Virus record (IMG/VR): IMGVR_UViG_3300013117_000027
Reading direction: 5' to 3' (one strand)
Length of the DNA: 64,000 nucleotides
Source: a virus
Shown here: piece by piece, positions 38,652 to 48,162 of the stretch
How the letters are laid out: the number at the start of each line of letters is the position of its first letter
How positions within the stretch are numbered: position 1 is the stretch's first letter
The notes under the pieces: model-generated
The model's input: the letters and a program-made list of their open reading frames with translations, nothing else
What the model was told of the DNA's origin: nothing
The model's database searches: none
Position numbers and translations under genes: made by a program

Positions 38652-41600
38652 TGAGCATAAAGATAGAACTTTTATACGAGAAGATATTTCTTAACTTTAC
38701 CACAGGAGTGTACGGTGTTCCTAAGATACCTACAGAACGTGAAATAGCTAAGAAGATAGAGGAAATCACTAAGGACGATGAAGATCCTATAACAAAGAAT
38801 GTCATGCTTAAAGATGTGTTCATCGATGAGATTCATGATACTTTCGATGATGTTATAGATGACCTTGATGTTCTTTATAATGCTATTGAGAATCAATCTA
38901 TTAATATATTAGAACAACTTACTAACTCATTGAAAGAACACAATGGAGTTAAACGTGAACTTAGAAATATAAAGTCTAGAGCTGACGATATTCGTGCAGG
39001 AAAACTGGGTAAGAATTATTTACAGTATGTTCACACAGAAAACTTCACAGATATGGACAATCTTAATGTTACTAGGACTACAAATGATCCTGATACTAAG
39101 TCTCCTGTTGTAGATATAAAAGCAGGTACTATGTACATACCTAATGTTCTTTCTAATCTTGTAGATTTAACACATTATTATCAACGAAAATTAGACATTG
39201 TTAATACTGAATTCGTAGGTACTATAAAAGAAGCAGGGTATATGGGTATAGCAGATTCGAATATTATATTCGATGTTTCAGATGATAGACGACTTGTTTA
39301 TAGAGTCCAAACAGATGTTCCGTCTGCTATGAAAACTTCGTTTGTTATACAATTAGATCCTCAAAGAGAATCTATACAGATAAATGGTATAGCTATTAAT
39401 GTTGATGCTGATAATACTGTTGGTCACTTAAGAGTTCAGTATAAAAAAGATACAGGATGGGAAAACATCCCTGAAGTACCTATTTCGGAGATAACAAGTG
39501 ATAGAATTCTATTAAGATTCGAGAACATAGAGACTACTCACCTTAAGTTTCAGTTTATCAAACAGACACCTGATATACTAGATTCTAATGAATACTTTGT
39601 AGTGATAAATAACTTGTCTATATTTCATGCGTTAACCTATAAATCGTCTACTTATCATTCTAAGTCTATTTTATTAGAACCTTATAATAACGAGAAACCT
39701 GTTATAGGAAATGTTGCTGTAGAGGCTAATGGGTATATTCCTGAAGGATGTGCAGCAGACGTATACGTGTCTAAAGATAAGATTATACGTGGTTATTTTG
39801 TAGATGTTAATGATGAATATGTCCTTCCTACAAGTGCCCACGTGTATAAGTTTGTAGAAGATGAAGATCAGACTTATCCTACAAGACATGTTTTACTATC
39901 AGATATTTATAACAATTTAGAGGCTCAAGATCTTGATGATTATAGAAATATTGACTATGACTGGCAGCTTGTTAAAAGTTTTACAGATGCTGATAGTATA
40001 AAACCAGCTATTATACAATTCATCGGTTCTGTAGACAAGGTTCCTAACGATAACAGACTTTATAACGAACTTAATGTACTATTCGGAGATCCTGCATATA
40101 CCGGTGAGTATCCTCAAAATCCTCATCCAGACAATCCAGACACATGGTTTTTATCAGGAGTAATAGATGAATCAAATCCTTATTGGGATCTTTACATGTC
40201 AGGTCTTGTAGCGTCTGGATACATAGCTAGTAGTGGTACTTATGGAGATCCTACTGGATATCCTTTTAATTACTATGATTATTCAAGTCTTAGTTACCTT
40301 AAATTTGGAGAGATAATAGAATCTTTAGATGGATGGTACCGACCTAGTGTAGATATTGTTACTCCGTCTGGTTATAACGAGGTTATTCATGGAAGAGTTA
40401 CAGAAAATGTACCAGATTATTACTTTAACGGTATACGATACTATCATGTATATAAGTTCTCATTAGATAGTAATGTAGTAGAATCTACTATAAAACTATA
40501 CACTTACCAGACTGGTCCTAATACAGGCACGAGAGAAAGCTATGTATCTAATAACGGAGTATGGGTATATAATACCAAAGATGTTATAAAAAGTTTAGAA
40601 TATTCTACAGCAGACCCTAATCCGTTCACAGATGATGATCCAATAGGACCTCCAGCGTCAGGTGCTATCTTGATACCTATTCCTTCTGGGGATGTATTTG
40701 TTCAAGACAGCGTTAGAGAGTTACATTATACCGGATATAATAATATACTACAGCGCGGAATACATTACGACGTCGTGTTAGACTATAGTCTTAATTGGTG
40801 GGTAGATATGTGGAAATCGCAGACTACAGAATCTTACTCTCCGTTACAGAACGTCGAGTTTACATACTCTTACAGAACAGAAGATAAATACGCTTCTTAC
40901 TGGGAAGGGTACATTATAACAGGTGTAGATGGATCATTAACCGTACATCAACTGGTAGACAGTGATAACGAAAATATTGTAAATAGAATTCTAATAGAAG
41001 ATCTAGAAGGTAAGAGTATATACAACGACGTTATGGATGATGTAACAAAGATTGTGACTATACCTAAAGGTGTTTATAGATATAAATTCTTCTGTCAGAC
41101 AGACAACTATACAAAGTATGCTAAGAATAACTGGTCACCTTATTCTGATCAATTTGTAAAAACTAGTAGCGAAATGAAATTAGTGTCTAAAGTTGAACCA
41201 CTTAACATAGTTGATTTTGATATCTTACTTCATAGTACACCATATGAACGCGACGATAGAGCAGCGTTAGTACATAAGAGAGACGGTAAATACCTAGTTG
41301 TTAAAGAACCATCATTAAATATAGTACAAGGATACTACTTCCACGCTGGTAAAAGTATATATCAAAATATTCCTGCTGATAGATCTCGTAATATAGGCCA
41401 TTATCAACGTAAGTTTCTACAACATGTAGGTACTACTGGGTATTACTTAGAAGAATATATTACAGGTTCTAGTGGTAATATAGTTAACAGTACTACAGGA
41501 AGTCACTACAATGTAACATCTGGATATCAACAAGATCTTACCTGGAATGATGGTATACTATATCCTGAGGACTTCTCTAATACACGTAATGATGTACAAT

Positions 41601-41866
41601 ACGCACAGCACTCATCTTATGGTTACTCATTACACATTGATGATGTAACAGATGAGTCTACATCTAGAGGACATTTATTTTATAATACCGCTGAAAACTT
41701 AGCCGATTTCTATACTATTACATACGGCGAAGTAGACACTGATGATCCTACAGTAGATAGATTTCTTTATAAGATAGAGTTAAAGAGTGAACATAAGATT
41801 AATACTCCTATCTTAGAATCAGTTAAGTTTACAATGAACGTAATGGAGGAAGAATATGAGGACTAA
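38651..41866 (+). CDS. Large virion protein, member of a local paralogous family
   Basis: HDTFDDVIDDLDVLY, HTENF, VDIKAGTMYI motifs; C-terminal TPILES. Confidence 0.5.
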   Translation: MSIKIELLYEKIFLNFTTGVYGVPKIPTEREIAKKIEEITKDDEDPITKNVMLKDVFIDEIHDTFDDVIDDLDVLYNAIENQSINILEQLTNSLKEHNGVKRELRNIKSRADDIRAGKLGKNYLQYVHTENFTDMDNLNVTRTTNDPDTKSPVVDIKAGTMYIPNVLSNLVDLTHYYQRKLDIVNTEFVGTIKEAGYMGIADSNIIFDVSDDRRLVYRVQTDVPSAMKTSFVIQLDPQRESIQINGIAINVDADNTVGHLRVQYKKDTGWENIPEVPISEITSDRILLRFENIETTHLKFQFIKQTPDILDSNEYFVVINNLSIFHALTYKSSTYHSKSILLEPYNNEKPVIGNVAVEANGYIPEGCAADVYVSKDKIIRGYFVDVNDEYVLPTSAHVYKFVEDEDQTYPTRHVLLSDIYNNLEAQDLDDYRNIDYDWQLVKSFTDADSIKPAIIQFIGSVDKVPNDNRLYNELNVLFGDPAYTGEYPQNPHPDNPDTWFLSGVIDESNPYWDLYMSGLVASGYIASSGTYGDPTGYPFNYYDYSSLSYLKFGEIIESLDGWYRPSVDIVTPSGYNEVIHGRVTENVPDYYFNGIRYYHVYKFSLDSNVVESTIKLYTYQTGPNTGTRESYVSNNGVWVYNTKDVIKSLEYSTADPNPFTDDDPIGPPASGAILIPIPSGDVFVQDSVRELHYTGYNNILQRGIHYDVVLDYSLNWWVDMWKSQTTESYSPLQNVEFTYSYRTEDKYASYWEGYIITGVDGSLTVHQLVDSDNENIVNRILIEDLEGKSIYNDVMDDVTKIVTIPKGVYRYKFFCQTDNYTKYAKNNWSPYSDQFVKTSSEMKLVSKVEPLNIVDFDILLHSTPYERDDRAALVHKRDGKYLVVKEPSLNIVQGYYFHAGKSIYQNIPADRSRNIGHYQRKFLQHVGTTGYYLEEYITGSSGNIVNSTTGSHYNVTSGYQQDLTWNDGILYPEDFSNTRNDVQYAQHSSYGYSLHIDDVTDESTSRGHLFYNTAENLADFYTITYGEVDTDDPTVDRFLYKIELKSEHKINTPILESVKFTMNVMEEEYED

Positions 41867-42125
41867 GTTTATAACTTACAGTGAGGAGTTAAATGACGCG
41901 TTTACTGAAGCTTATTCTCACTACGTATACTTACTAGGATACGATGACTACGAAGGTAATACTACATACAGTGGTCTATACGATATACTTGAACGTGAAG
42001 TTCAGTATAATAATCAAGAGTATATAATCTTAAGAAATGACTATATCCCTGATGAATATAGTACTAGCATTCCTAAATATTTGGGAATGATTGATTATAA
42101 AATTAAGAAACTCGGGAGACAATAA
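41856..42125 (+). CDS. Small hypothetical protein
   Basis: GGAGGA SD; coupled to neighbours. Confidence 0.55.
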   Translation: MRTKFITYSEELNDAFTEAYSHYVYLLGYDDYEGNTTYSGLYDILEREVQYNNQEYIILRNDYIPDEYSTSIPKYLGMIDYKIKKLGRQ

Positions 42126-43306
42126 TGACAACCAAGATTAATAGAAGAAAAACCTTATCAGTATACCCTGATATAACCGAGATAGAGTATGGTTCAGCGA
42201 TAGAAAGTTCAGAACTTAATAAACAACTTAGGTCTATCGAAGAGTCGGCTTTAAGAGCTATCTTAAGAGGTCGTGAACTGTCTTCTGAAGTACAAAGATT
42301 ACAGTTAGGGGTTATAAAATCTTATCAAGCTATGTCTAACTTTGTTGGATCATTAGAGTATCAAGAAGATGGACTTTTATACGCTAGTACCTACGATGTA
42401 GATACTAATCTTACAGCAACTAGCGACGTTTTCTACGACTCTAACTACGGGTATACGTCTCTTAATCCTATAGGTTCTTACTCAAAGATTCCTAGAGGTG
42501 AAAACTATGACGGAAGAGTATCTCCTCAGGTTGTTATAGAGTTAGACAGTGTAGAAGTAGAACCTAACTCAGAGATATACGATGCACTTGATGGAACTAA
42601 CAAAAGTTTTTGGTTACAAGAGACAGATAGCTCTTCTCATACAATAGATATACATTTACCACCAGCTTTAACCAAGAGATTTAACTATGTGGAGTTATAT
42701 CCATTTCCTTTATACGGATGCACTATAGATTCTGTAGAGTATATGCCTTTTAGAGGTGGTACACTAGAAGATGTTACAAAGAATATATACGGTATGAACC
42801 CTCTACAAGATAATAAGGGACAGGCTGTTAAGTTATACCTTTCTCCTAAAGAATACAATGGTACAGTAAGGGTTACTGTTACTCCGTTAGATGGATACAT
42901 AGGATTTAGTAATATAGATATAAAATTTCTAGATTTTGATAACACATCTAAACCTGGATATTTACTGTTTAAAGGATTAGAAGGCAAAGACGATGGATAT
43001 GGTATAACTGTCAACGAACTAACAGTAGATTGGTATTTTGATGGACCAGAAACGATGATACTTTCAGACGAAACACCGGTTAGAATGTGGCTTTCTATTG
43101 GCGAGGTTAGTGATACAGATGGTACATTTACTTACACTACATTTAGACATCCTGTAGAGCTTGCTGATATAAGAACATTAACAGTAGATAAACCTCTTAC
43201 TATTAATACTGGTGAAGTATTAGCGTTAGAATTTCAACTAAAAGAACATAATGTTACAACACCTGTTATAAGAGGCGCTAAGATTTCTTATACGGAGACA
43301 CCATAA
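42125..43306 (+). CDS. Virion protein, distant member of the local paralogous family
   Basis: N-terminal coiled coil; ALDGTNKSFW carbohydrate-binding-like strand; C-terminal TPVIRG. Confidence 0.5.
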   Translation: MTTKINRRKTLSVYPDITEIEYGSAIESSELNKQLRSIEESALRAILRGRELSSEVQRLQLGVIKSYQAMSNFVGSLEYQEDGLLYASTYDVDTNLTATSDVFYDSNYGYTSLNPIGSYSKIPRGENYDGRVSPQVVIELDSVEVEPNSEIYDALDGTNKSFWLQETDSSSHTIDIHLPPALTKRFNYVELYPFPLYGCTIDSVEYMPFRGGTLEDVTKNIYGMNPLQDNKGQAVKLYLSPKEYNGTVRVTVTPLDGYIGFSNIDIKFLDFDNTSKPGYLLFKGLEGKDDGYGITVNELTVDWYFDGPETMILSDETPVRMWLSIGEVSDTDGTFTYTTFRHPVELADIRTLTVDKPLTINTGEVLALEFQLKEHNVTTPVIRGAKISYTETP

Positions 43307-43437
43307 TGAAAAGAATATATTTCTTGTATAGAACTACTAACTTGTTAAACAACAAAAGATATTACGGAAAACATTCTACTGTAGATATTAACGATAGACT
43401 TAAGTCTACAAATTTTAACAATTATATGTATATATAA
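43306..43437 (+). pseudogene. Truncated GIY-YIG (Seg-like) homing endonuclease remnant
   Basis: MKRIYFLYRTTNLLNNKRYYGKHST... matches the N-terminus of Seg-type GIY-YIG nucleases; stops after 43 codons. Confidence 0.65.
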
Positions 43438-43447
43438 TAGAAAGGAA

Positions 43448-44376
43448 ATGCCTATGCCACGCCGGATATTACAACTAGACGGGGGCGGATGAGAGCTAAA
43501 GGACTTATACAGATAGCTATTCTTAAAGAGATAGAGAAAGTTACTGGAAAGAGGATACATGAACTGTTTGACATGATTGTTGCTACTAGTGTTGGAACAA
43601 TACTAGGAGGGCCGCTGGCGTGCGGCGTTTCTGCTGTTAGCCTATTCGATACAATGTATGAAGAGGTAGACAACGTGTTCGATACGACTTTTTGGAGGAG
43701 TATAAACTTCTTCGGAAATGGAAAGTACTCTAAGAAACCTGTTGTTAAGGTGTTAAGGAAGTATATAGACAAGAATGCTAAGATGCGTTCTACTATAATA
43801 AAACTTATATCTACATCTTACTGCGTGAATGATGGACGGAATCATTACTTTAAGTCATGGGAGATAAAAGACGGCAGTTTAAACCTAATCGACGCCATCA
43901 ATAGAAGCTACGCTGCGCCATACTACTTTGACCCGATTAATGATGATAAAGAAAAGAAGACATGGTTAGATGGAGGTATAGGGGATAGTAACTGCTCAAT
44001 AGATCAAGCATGGATTGAAGCCGAGAGGTTAGGTTGGTTAAAAGATGAGGAAGTTGTAATACTTTCCATAGGAACAGGTTATAGTGCTAAACATATACCT
44101 TATAAGAAGTCCAAGAAGTATAGAAATATCCGTAGCGTTGCTAAGGTGTATCTTAATCCTGGACAGGGTGGAGCTGCTAGAGCACAGGCGGTTGCAACAA
44201 AGATGGCAGCTGCAAGGGCTGTTGAAAGAATGGTAGATAATCTTACTATCGTAAGACTTGATACAAGGATTTTATCCAAGATAGACAAGCTAGATAAGGC
44301 TAAGTACAAAGATAAGTACGTTAAGATAGGCGAGAAGCTTGCTGCGAAACTAGATTATAGAAAGTTAGGTTTATAA
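43448..44376 (+). pseudogene. Patatin-like phospholipase with a frameshift in the DGGG motif (pseudogene, recoding or sequence error)
   Basis: SD and ATG 43448 give MPMPRRILQLDGGG* (TGA 43490); the -1 frame (ORF 43489..44376) continues AKGLIQ..., with ATSVG nucleophile elbow, SYAAPYYF and LDGG. Confidence 0.75.
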
Positions 44377-44732
44377 TGAATTATTCACCAGATTTAAGTA
44401 ATAAGATAAGAGCCATGGACGCTGATATAAAGGCTTTAACGAAGAGAGTTGCAGACCTTGAAAATATACTAGGTATGTCTGTTAGTTTATCACACCTTAA
44501 AACTTCAGAAGAAGCTACTAAAGTGTTAATAAATAGCAATGCTCAGAATATAAGAGATATTGAAGAGAAGTTATCTAAGATAACTCTTCCAGATGACACT
44601 AGGTACTATCTAGAAGAGTCTGAGGTTCAAGATTTCAGATCAAACTTTCAAAAGCTCAACGCATTGATGGTAGATGTTAGGAATCTGTACGATCAGATGG
44701 TTGCTTACTTAGCAAACAACACTCCTACGTAA
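44376..44732 (+). CDS. Coiled-coil hypothetical protein
   Basis: Heptad pattern; TAATG coupling; converges on the Cas4-like gene. Confidence 0.55.
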   Translation: MNYSPDLSNKIRAMDADIKALTKRVADLENILGMSVSLSHLKTSEEATKVLINSNAQNIRDIEEKLSKITLPDDTRYYLEESEVQDFRSNFQKLNALMVDVRNLYDQMVAYLANNTPT

Positions 44733-45756
44733 GTCTAACGCCTTCGTCCTCAAGACACTTTACCCTGTAGTTACAATAAGAACATTTCTTATCGCCTGAA
44801 CAGGATTGTGCTACAGGTTTACCTGTTTTATAGTTTTTACCAATGTGCTTGTTATACTTAGCAGTGGTAAGCCTTCCGCAATGAAACTCTTTATAAGCTT
44901 TATTATCATCCCACAATAGTTCATAGTCTTTAGGTGGTAACACTTGTTCTCTTATGTAAGAGTATGACTCATCGAATTTCTTGAATATATCATGAACACA
45001 TATACGTAGTTCAGCTATTCTAGCCTGTTCTTGAGTAGCAACTGTAGAGTTTCTTTCTAGCTCATCGAACGATGGATGCTTCTGTGTTTCTATAGTTGTA
45101 TACTCTCTACCAGACATATCTATTGGTGTTATTACTGGATAACCTTCAGCATCTAAGTCTATCTTAAAGAACATTGTTGTATAGTCGCCTCTATTAATGT
45201 ACGCAAGGTATATCTCATCTACACTATGACTATCAATCTCTTCATGCATTGCTTTCCATTTATATAACATGGCTTGCATCAAGTTGTTAGGTGCTGGTAA
45301 CGGTTGACACATAGGTTCTCCCCATTTTGTACCAAATATTTTGTCCGCTTTAAAGCCTTCTACAGTCTTTATTTCGATACCTTTTACTTTTCCATCGTCA
45401 GCTATTATCTCATCGATTTTTCCGCTTAAAAGCACCTTATTCAGCGTCTCAGGCATTGTATATTCTATACGAACCTGTTCAGCAATGTGTTTGTTTGTAT
45501 CTTTGAACTTTTTGATGAAGTGATCTTCATACATATTTCCAGAGTCGCAGATTCTTCTGACTCTTACAGCCATTTCATTGGTTGGTGGAACGCCCAGAGC
45601 CTTGTAAAATAGCTCTCTTTGACATGAGCCTACATTGAAGCTGCCTAGATTTGCTAAAGCCTCAGAAGGCCATCCTACGTTCACCTCACGGTAGGTAGGT
45701 TTTCTATCATTTTTGATGCGATCAATATCTTCTTTGTACTGGTCTTTTATAAACAT
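44725..45756 (-). CDS. Cas4-like / PD-(D/E)xK exonuclease with probable Fe-S cluster (start moved to 45756)
   Basis: PSEA..SCQRELFY, SGKIDEI, IEIKT, QAMLY, CSYCNYRVKC; AGAAAGGAAA SD before MFIKDQ; its promoter overlaps the longer start called in the ORF track. Confidence 0.8.
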   Translation of the reverse strand: MFIKDQYKEDIDRIKNDRKPTYREVNVGWPSEALANLGSFNVGSCQRELFYKALGVPPTNEMAVRVRRICDSGNMYEDHFIKKFKDTNKHIAEQVRIEYTMPETLNKVLLSGKIDEIIADDGKVKGIEIKTVEGFKADKIFGTKWGEPMCQPLPAPNNLMQAMLYKWKAMHEEIDSHSVDEIYLAYINRGDYTTMFFKIDLDAEGYPVITPIDMSGREYTTIETQKHPSFDELERNSTVATQEQARIAELRICVHDIFKKFDESYSYIREQVLPPKDYELLWDDNKAYKEFHCGRLTTAKYNKHIGKNYKTGKPVAQSCSGDKKCSYCNYRVKCLEDEGVRLT

Positions 45757-45783
45757 ATTTTCCTTTCTATATAGTACTTTATA

Positions 45784-45812
45784 AATATACGTTATTTGCA
45801 TATGATTGTCAA
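45784..45812 (-). promoter_or_regulatory. Sigma70-like promoter for the Cas4-like gene
   Basis: TTGACA-atcatatgcaaataacg(17)-TATATT on the minus strand. Confidence 0.75.
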
Positions 45813-45855
45813 TACATATATAGTATAGGCTAAAATAAAAAAGTCAAAATAATCC

Positions 45856-45884
45856 TTGACATTACCTTGCTAATCAGGTATATT
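45856..45884 (+). promoter_or_regulatory. Sigma70-like promoter
   Basis: TTGACA-ttaccttgctaatcagg(17)-TATATT. Confidence 0.8.
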
Positions 45885-45920
45885 AAGACTGCCGGGAGCC
45901 TTTAAAAACAGATAACAGAT

Positions 45921-45980
45921 AGATTAAAGAGATTAAAGATAGATTAAAGAGATTAAAGATAGATTAAAGAGATTAAAGAT
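45921..45980. repeat. Tandem repeat, 3 x 20 bp AGATTAAAGAGATTAAAGAT
   Basis: Three exact copies with no spacers. Confidence 0.95.
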
Positions 45981-45982
45981 TA

Positions 45983-46007
45983 AGATTGGTTACCTCTTAA
46001 CCAATCT
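45983..46007. repeat. Perfect 10-bp inverted repeat (hairpin)
   Basis: AGATTGGTTA-cctct-TAACCAATCT. Confidence 0.85.
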
Positions 46008-46019
46008 AGAAAGTAGAAT

Positions 46020-46461
46020 ATGAGATTACAGATACAACTAGTTCCAAAAGCTCTTTGGGGGACAAACTTAAGGAGTAGATAGGAAAGTCTGATTGGAGTA
46101 TAGTCTCTAAGTATGTTAGAAACAGTAATGATAATACATGTTGGTACTGTGGGGGGACACAAAGGGAGAGATGGATTGTCATGAAGAATGGATATACGAA
46201 GTTAGTATGACCTCTAAGACTGGTATACAACATCTACATGCTTTGAGATGTGTATGTAAGATGTGTCATAGTGTCATACACTATGGTAGATCTAAGAGAA
46301 CTTTATCTAAAGATCAAATGGAAACATTAAATCTACATGCTATACGTGTAAATGGTGTGATACCACAAGCTTGGTACTTTCATCTAGCGGAAGCATTTAT
46401 TAACTGGCAGAAAGCCAGTGAGACAGTTAAACAATGGATACATGATCGTAGGGGATTATAA
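46020..46461 (+). pseudogene. HNH-like nuclease gene broken by two -1 frameshifts
   Basis: MRLQIQLVPKALWGTNLRS | IGKSDWSIVSKYVRNSNDNTCWYCG | GDTKGEMDCHEEW...CKMCHSVIHYG read across three frames; breaks at ~46078 and in the G6 run 46151-46156. Confidence 0.7.
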
Positions 46462-46730
46462 TGCATAGAAGAGATGGACAGGTAGAAGTAAGAATAACAA
46501 TAGAAGCTTTATGCGAGCTTATACGTACAGCTCCACACCTTAACGATAAGTGGGAGATGTCAGATGTAGAACCTTCACATGTATACTACGAACCTAAATG
46601 TGGTATAGTACATATAGTAGGAAAGAAATGTGGAGTATCTGGTCTTAAGAAAGAAAAAGTATGCGAAGGTGGAATACGTAAATGTGTTATTGCACTTATT
46701 ACTACAGAAGATTTAAAGAAAAAATATTAA
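46461..46730 (+). CDS. Hypothetical protein
   Basis: 89 aa; TAATG coupling. Confidence 0.55.
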   Translation: MHRRDGQVEVRITIEALCELIRTAPHLNDKWEMSDVEPSHVYYEPKCGIVHIVGKKCGVSGLKKEKVCEGGIRKCVIALITTEDLKKKY

Positions 46731-46736
46731 AAACTA

Positions 46737-46765
46737 TTGACATTTCATTGCGAATGAGGTATATT
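46737..46765 (+). promoter_or_regulatory. Sigma70-like promoter for the Rad52-like gene
   Basis: TTGACA-tttcattgcgaatgagg(17)-TATATT. Confidence 0.8.
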
Positions 46766-46796
46766 ATAACAGTAACATTCAACATAAGGAGAATGA

Positions 46797-47091
46797 ATGG
46801 ATTTAACAAAACTAAAAGACGATATGCCATACAAATGGAAGCCTAACAATGCAGTAGGAAAACGAATGAACTGTGTGGCGTATGTTGACTCAAGACAGGT
46901 TCAAGATAAACTTGATCAGGTTGTCGGACCTGATAACTGGCAGGATGACTATAAAGTCATTAATGGAAATATGTATGCAGGTGTTGGTATCAACGTAAGT
47001 AGTGATTCTTCATCACCTAGATGGGTGTGGAAGTGGGACTGTGGTACAGAAAGTAATACAGAACAAGCTAAGGGAGAAAGTAGCGATGCCT
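46797..47091 (+). CDS. Rad52/Rad22 (Sak-like) single-strand annealing protein, exon 1
   Basis: AYVDSRQVQDKLDQVVGPDNWQDDY...WKWDCGTESNTEQAKGESSDA; AAGGAG SD. Confidence 0.85.
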
Positions 47092-47116
47092 TGGTCGACC
47101 TTTTATAACTAACCTT

Positions 47117-47227
47117 TATTTCGAAAATAGTGATAAGTTTTATATTGAACGTTGGAGTAAAATATGAAAACAAAAATATATGTAGTGTATAAACTATATT
47201 TCGAAAATAGTGATAAGTTTTATATTG
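47117..47227 (+). repeat. 31-bp exact direct repeat (47117-47147 and 47197-47227)
   Basis: TATTTCGAAAATAGTGATAAGTTTTATATTG twice, offset by 80 bp. Confidence 0.9.
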
Positions 47228-48162
47228 GTAAGACTTGTAATATGAAATCTAGAATAAATGCTCATAAGAAGGAAGCATTAGCTAGAAAGTATAGAACATA
47301 TAAAATCAATTGGCTTAGAAAACATTTACTCAATGACGAAGAGTTAAAGAGTGAGATTTTATTTAGAACTAATGACGAGCGCGAAGCTTATGATGTTGAA
47401 CAAAAATTTATTATTAAGACATCTAATGATAATGTTAACTGTTCATATAATCTTCAATATCCATCTAATAAATCAGAAGCTGGTCTTTTAAGAATGGCTG
47501 AAATATTTGGAAAAGATTATATTATCATAAATAAACAAGGCACATTTCTATATGTACATAGTTTATCTAGATTCAGTAGAGAGAATAATCTTAACTATAA
47601 AGATCTTAATGCTTGTGCTCGTAAAAAAATAAATTCTTCACAAGGTTATAAAGTGTTCTATAAAGATGATTGGGATGACTTTTCTGAAGAAGAGAAGCAA
47701 CTTGAGATAGAAAAACATAAAAAATACAATCAATATAAAACAGAGAAGTTTAAATGTAGTGGTGATAAATATAGAAAAGAATATATTATTATAGAACCAA
47801 CTGGTAATGTTACCGAAATAGTTGGATTGTCTAGATATGTTAAAGATAATAAGTTAAATGATGGTAATATGACTTCAGCTTTAACTAATAATAAACTATA
47901 TAAAGGTTATCAGGTATTTTATAAGTCTGAATGGTATGAATTTGATCAAGATACACGGACTAAACTCATATCAAACTCTAAGAACTATCTTCCTAGAGGA
48001 TCAAAGAGATATAAAATAACAGATCCAAATGATAATATCGAGATAATCGTTGGACTTAGTAACTATGCTAATAAACATAAGTTACATGCACCTTCTTTAT
48101 CATCTTTAGCTACTGGTAAACTAAATAAATACAAAGGTTATAAAGTAGAAGTACTTGAATAG
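47164..48162 (+). CDS. Intron-encoded GIY-YIG homing endonuclease with three C-terminal DNA-binding repeats
   Basis: YVVYKLYF...FYIGKT...R...H; three ~50-aa repeats each ending in (Q/K)GY(K/Q)V. Confidence 0.88.
   Translation: MKTKIYVVYKLYFENSDKFYIGKTCNMKSRINAHKKEALARKYRTYKINWLRKHLLNDEELKSEILFRTNDEREAYDVEQKFIIKTSNDNVNCSYNLQYPSNKSEAGLLRMAEIFGKDYIIINKQGTFLYVHSLSRFSRENNLNYKDLNACARKKINSSQGYKVFYKDDWDDFSEEEKQLEIEKHKKYNQYKTEKFKCSGDKYRKEYIIIEPTGNVTEIVGLSRYVKDNKLNDGNMTSALTNNKLYKGYQVFYKSEWYEFDQDTRTKLISNSKNYLPRGSKRYKITDPNDNIEIIVGLSNYANKHKLHAPSLSSLATGKLNKYKGYKVEVLE

Noticed and set aside
45821-45848. Additional minus-strand promoter (TTGACT...TATACT)
   Set aside because: Spacer is only 14 bp and lacks the shared TGCNAAT motif
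45921-45980. CRISPR array next to a Cas4-like gene
   Set aside because: Repeats are head-to-tail with no spacers, there are no other cas genes, and stand-alone Cas4-like nucleases are common in phages
46797-47108. 103-aa and 139-aa (48475..48894) ORFs as separate genes
   Set aside because: They are exons of one intron-split Rad52-like gene
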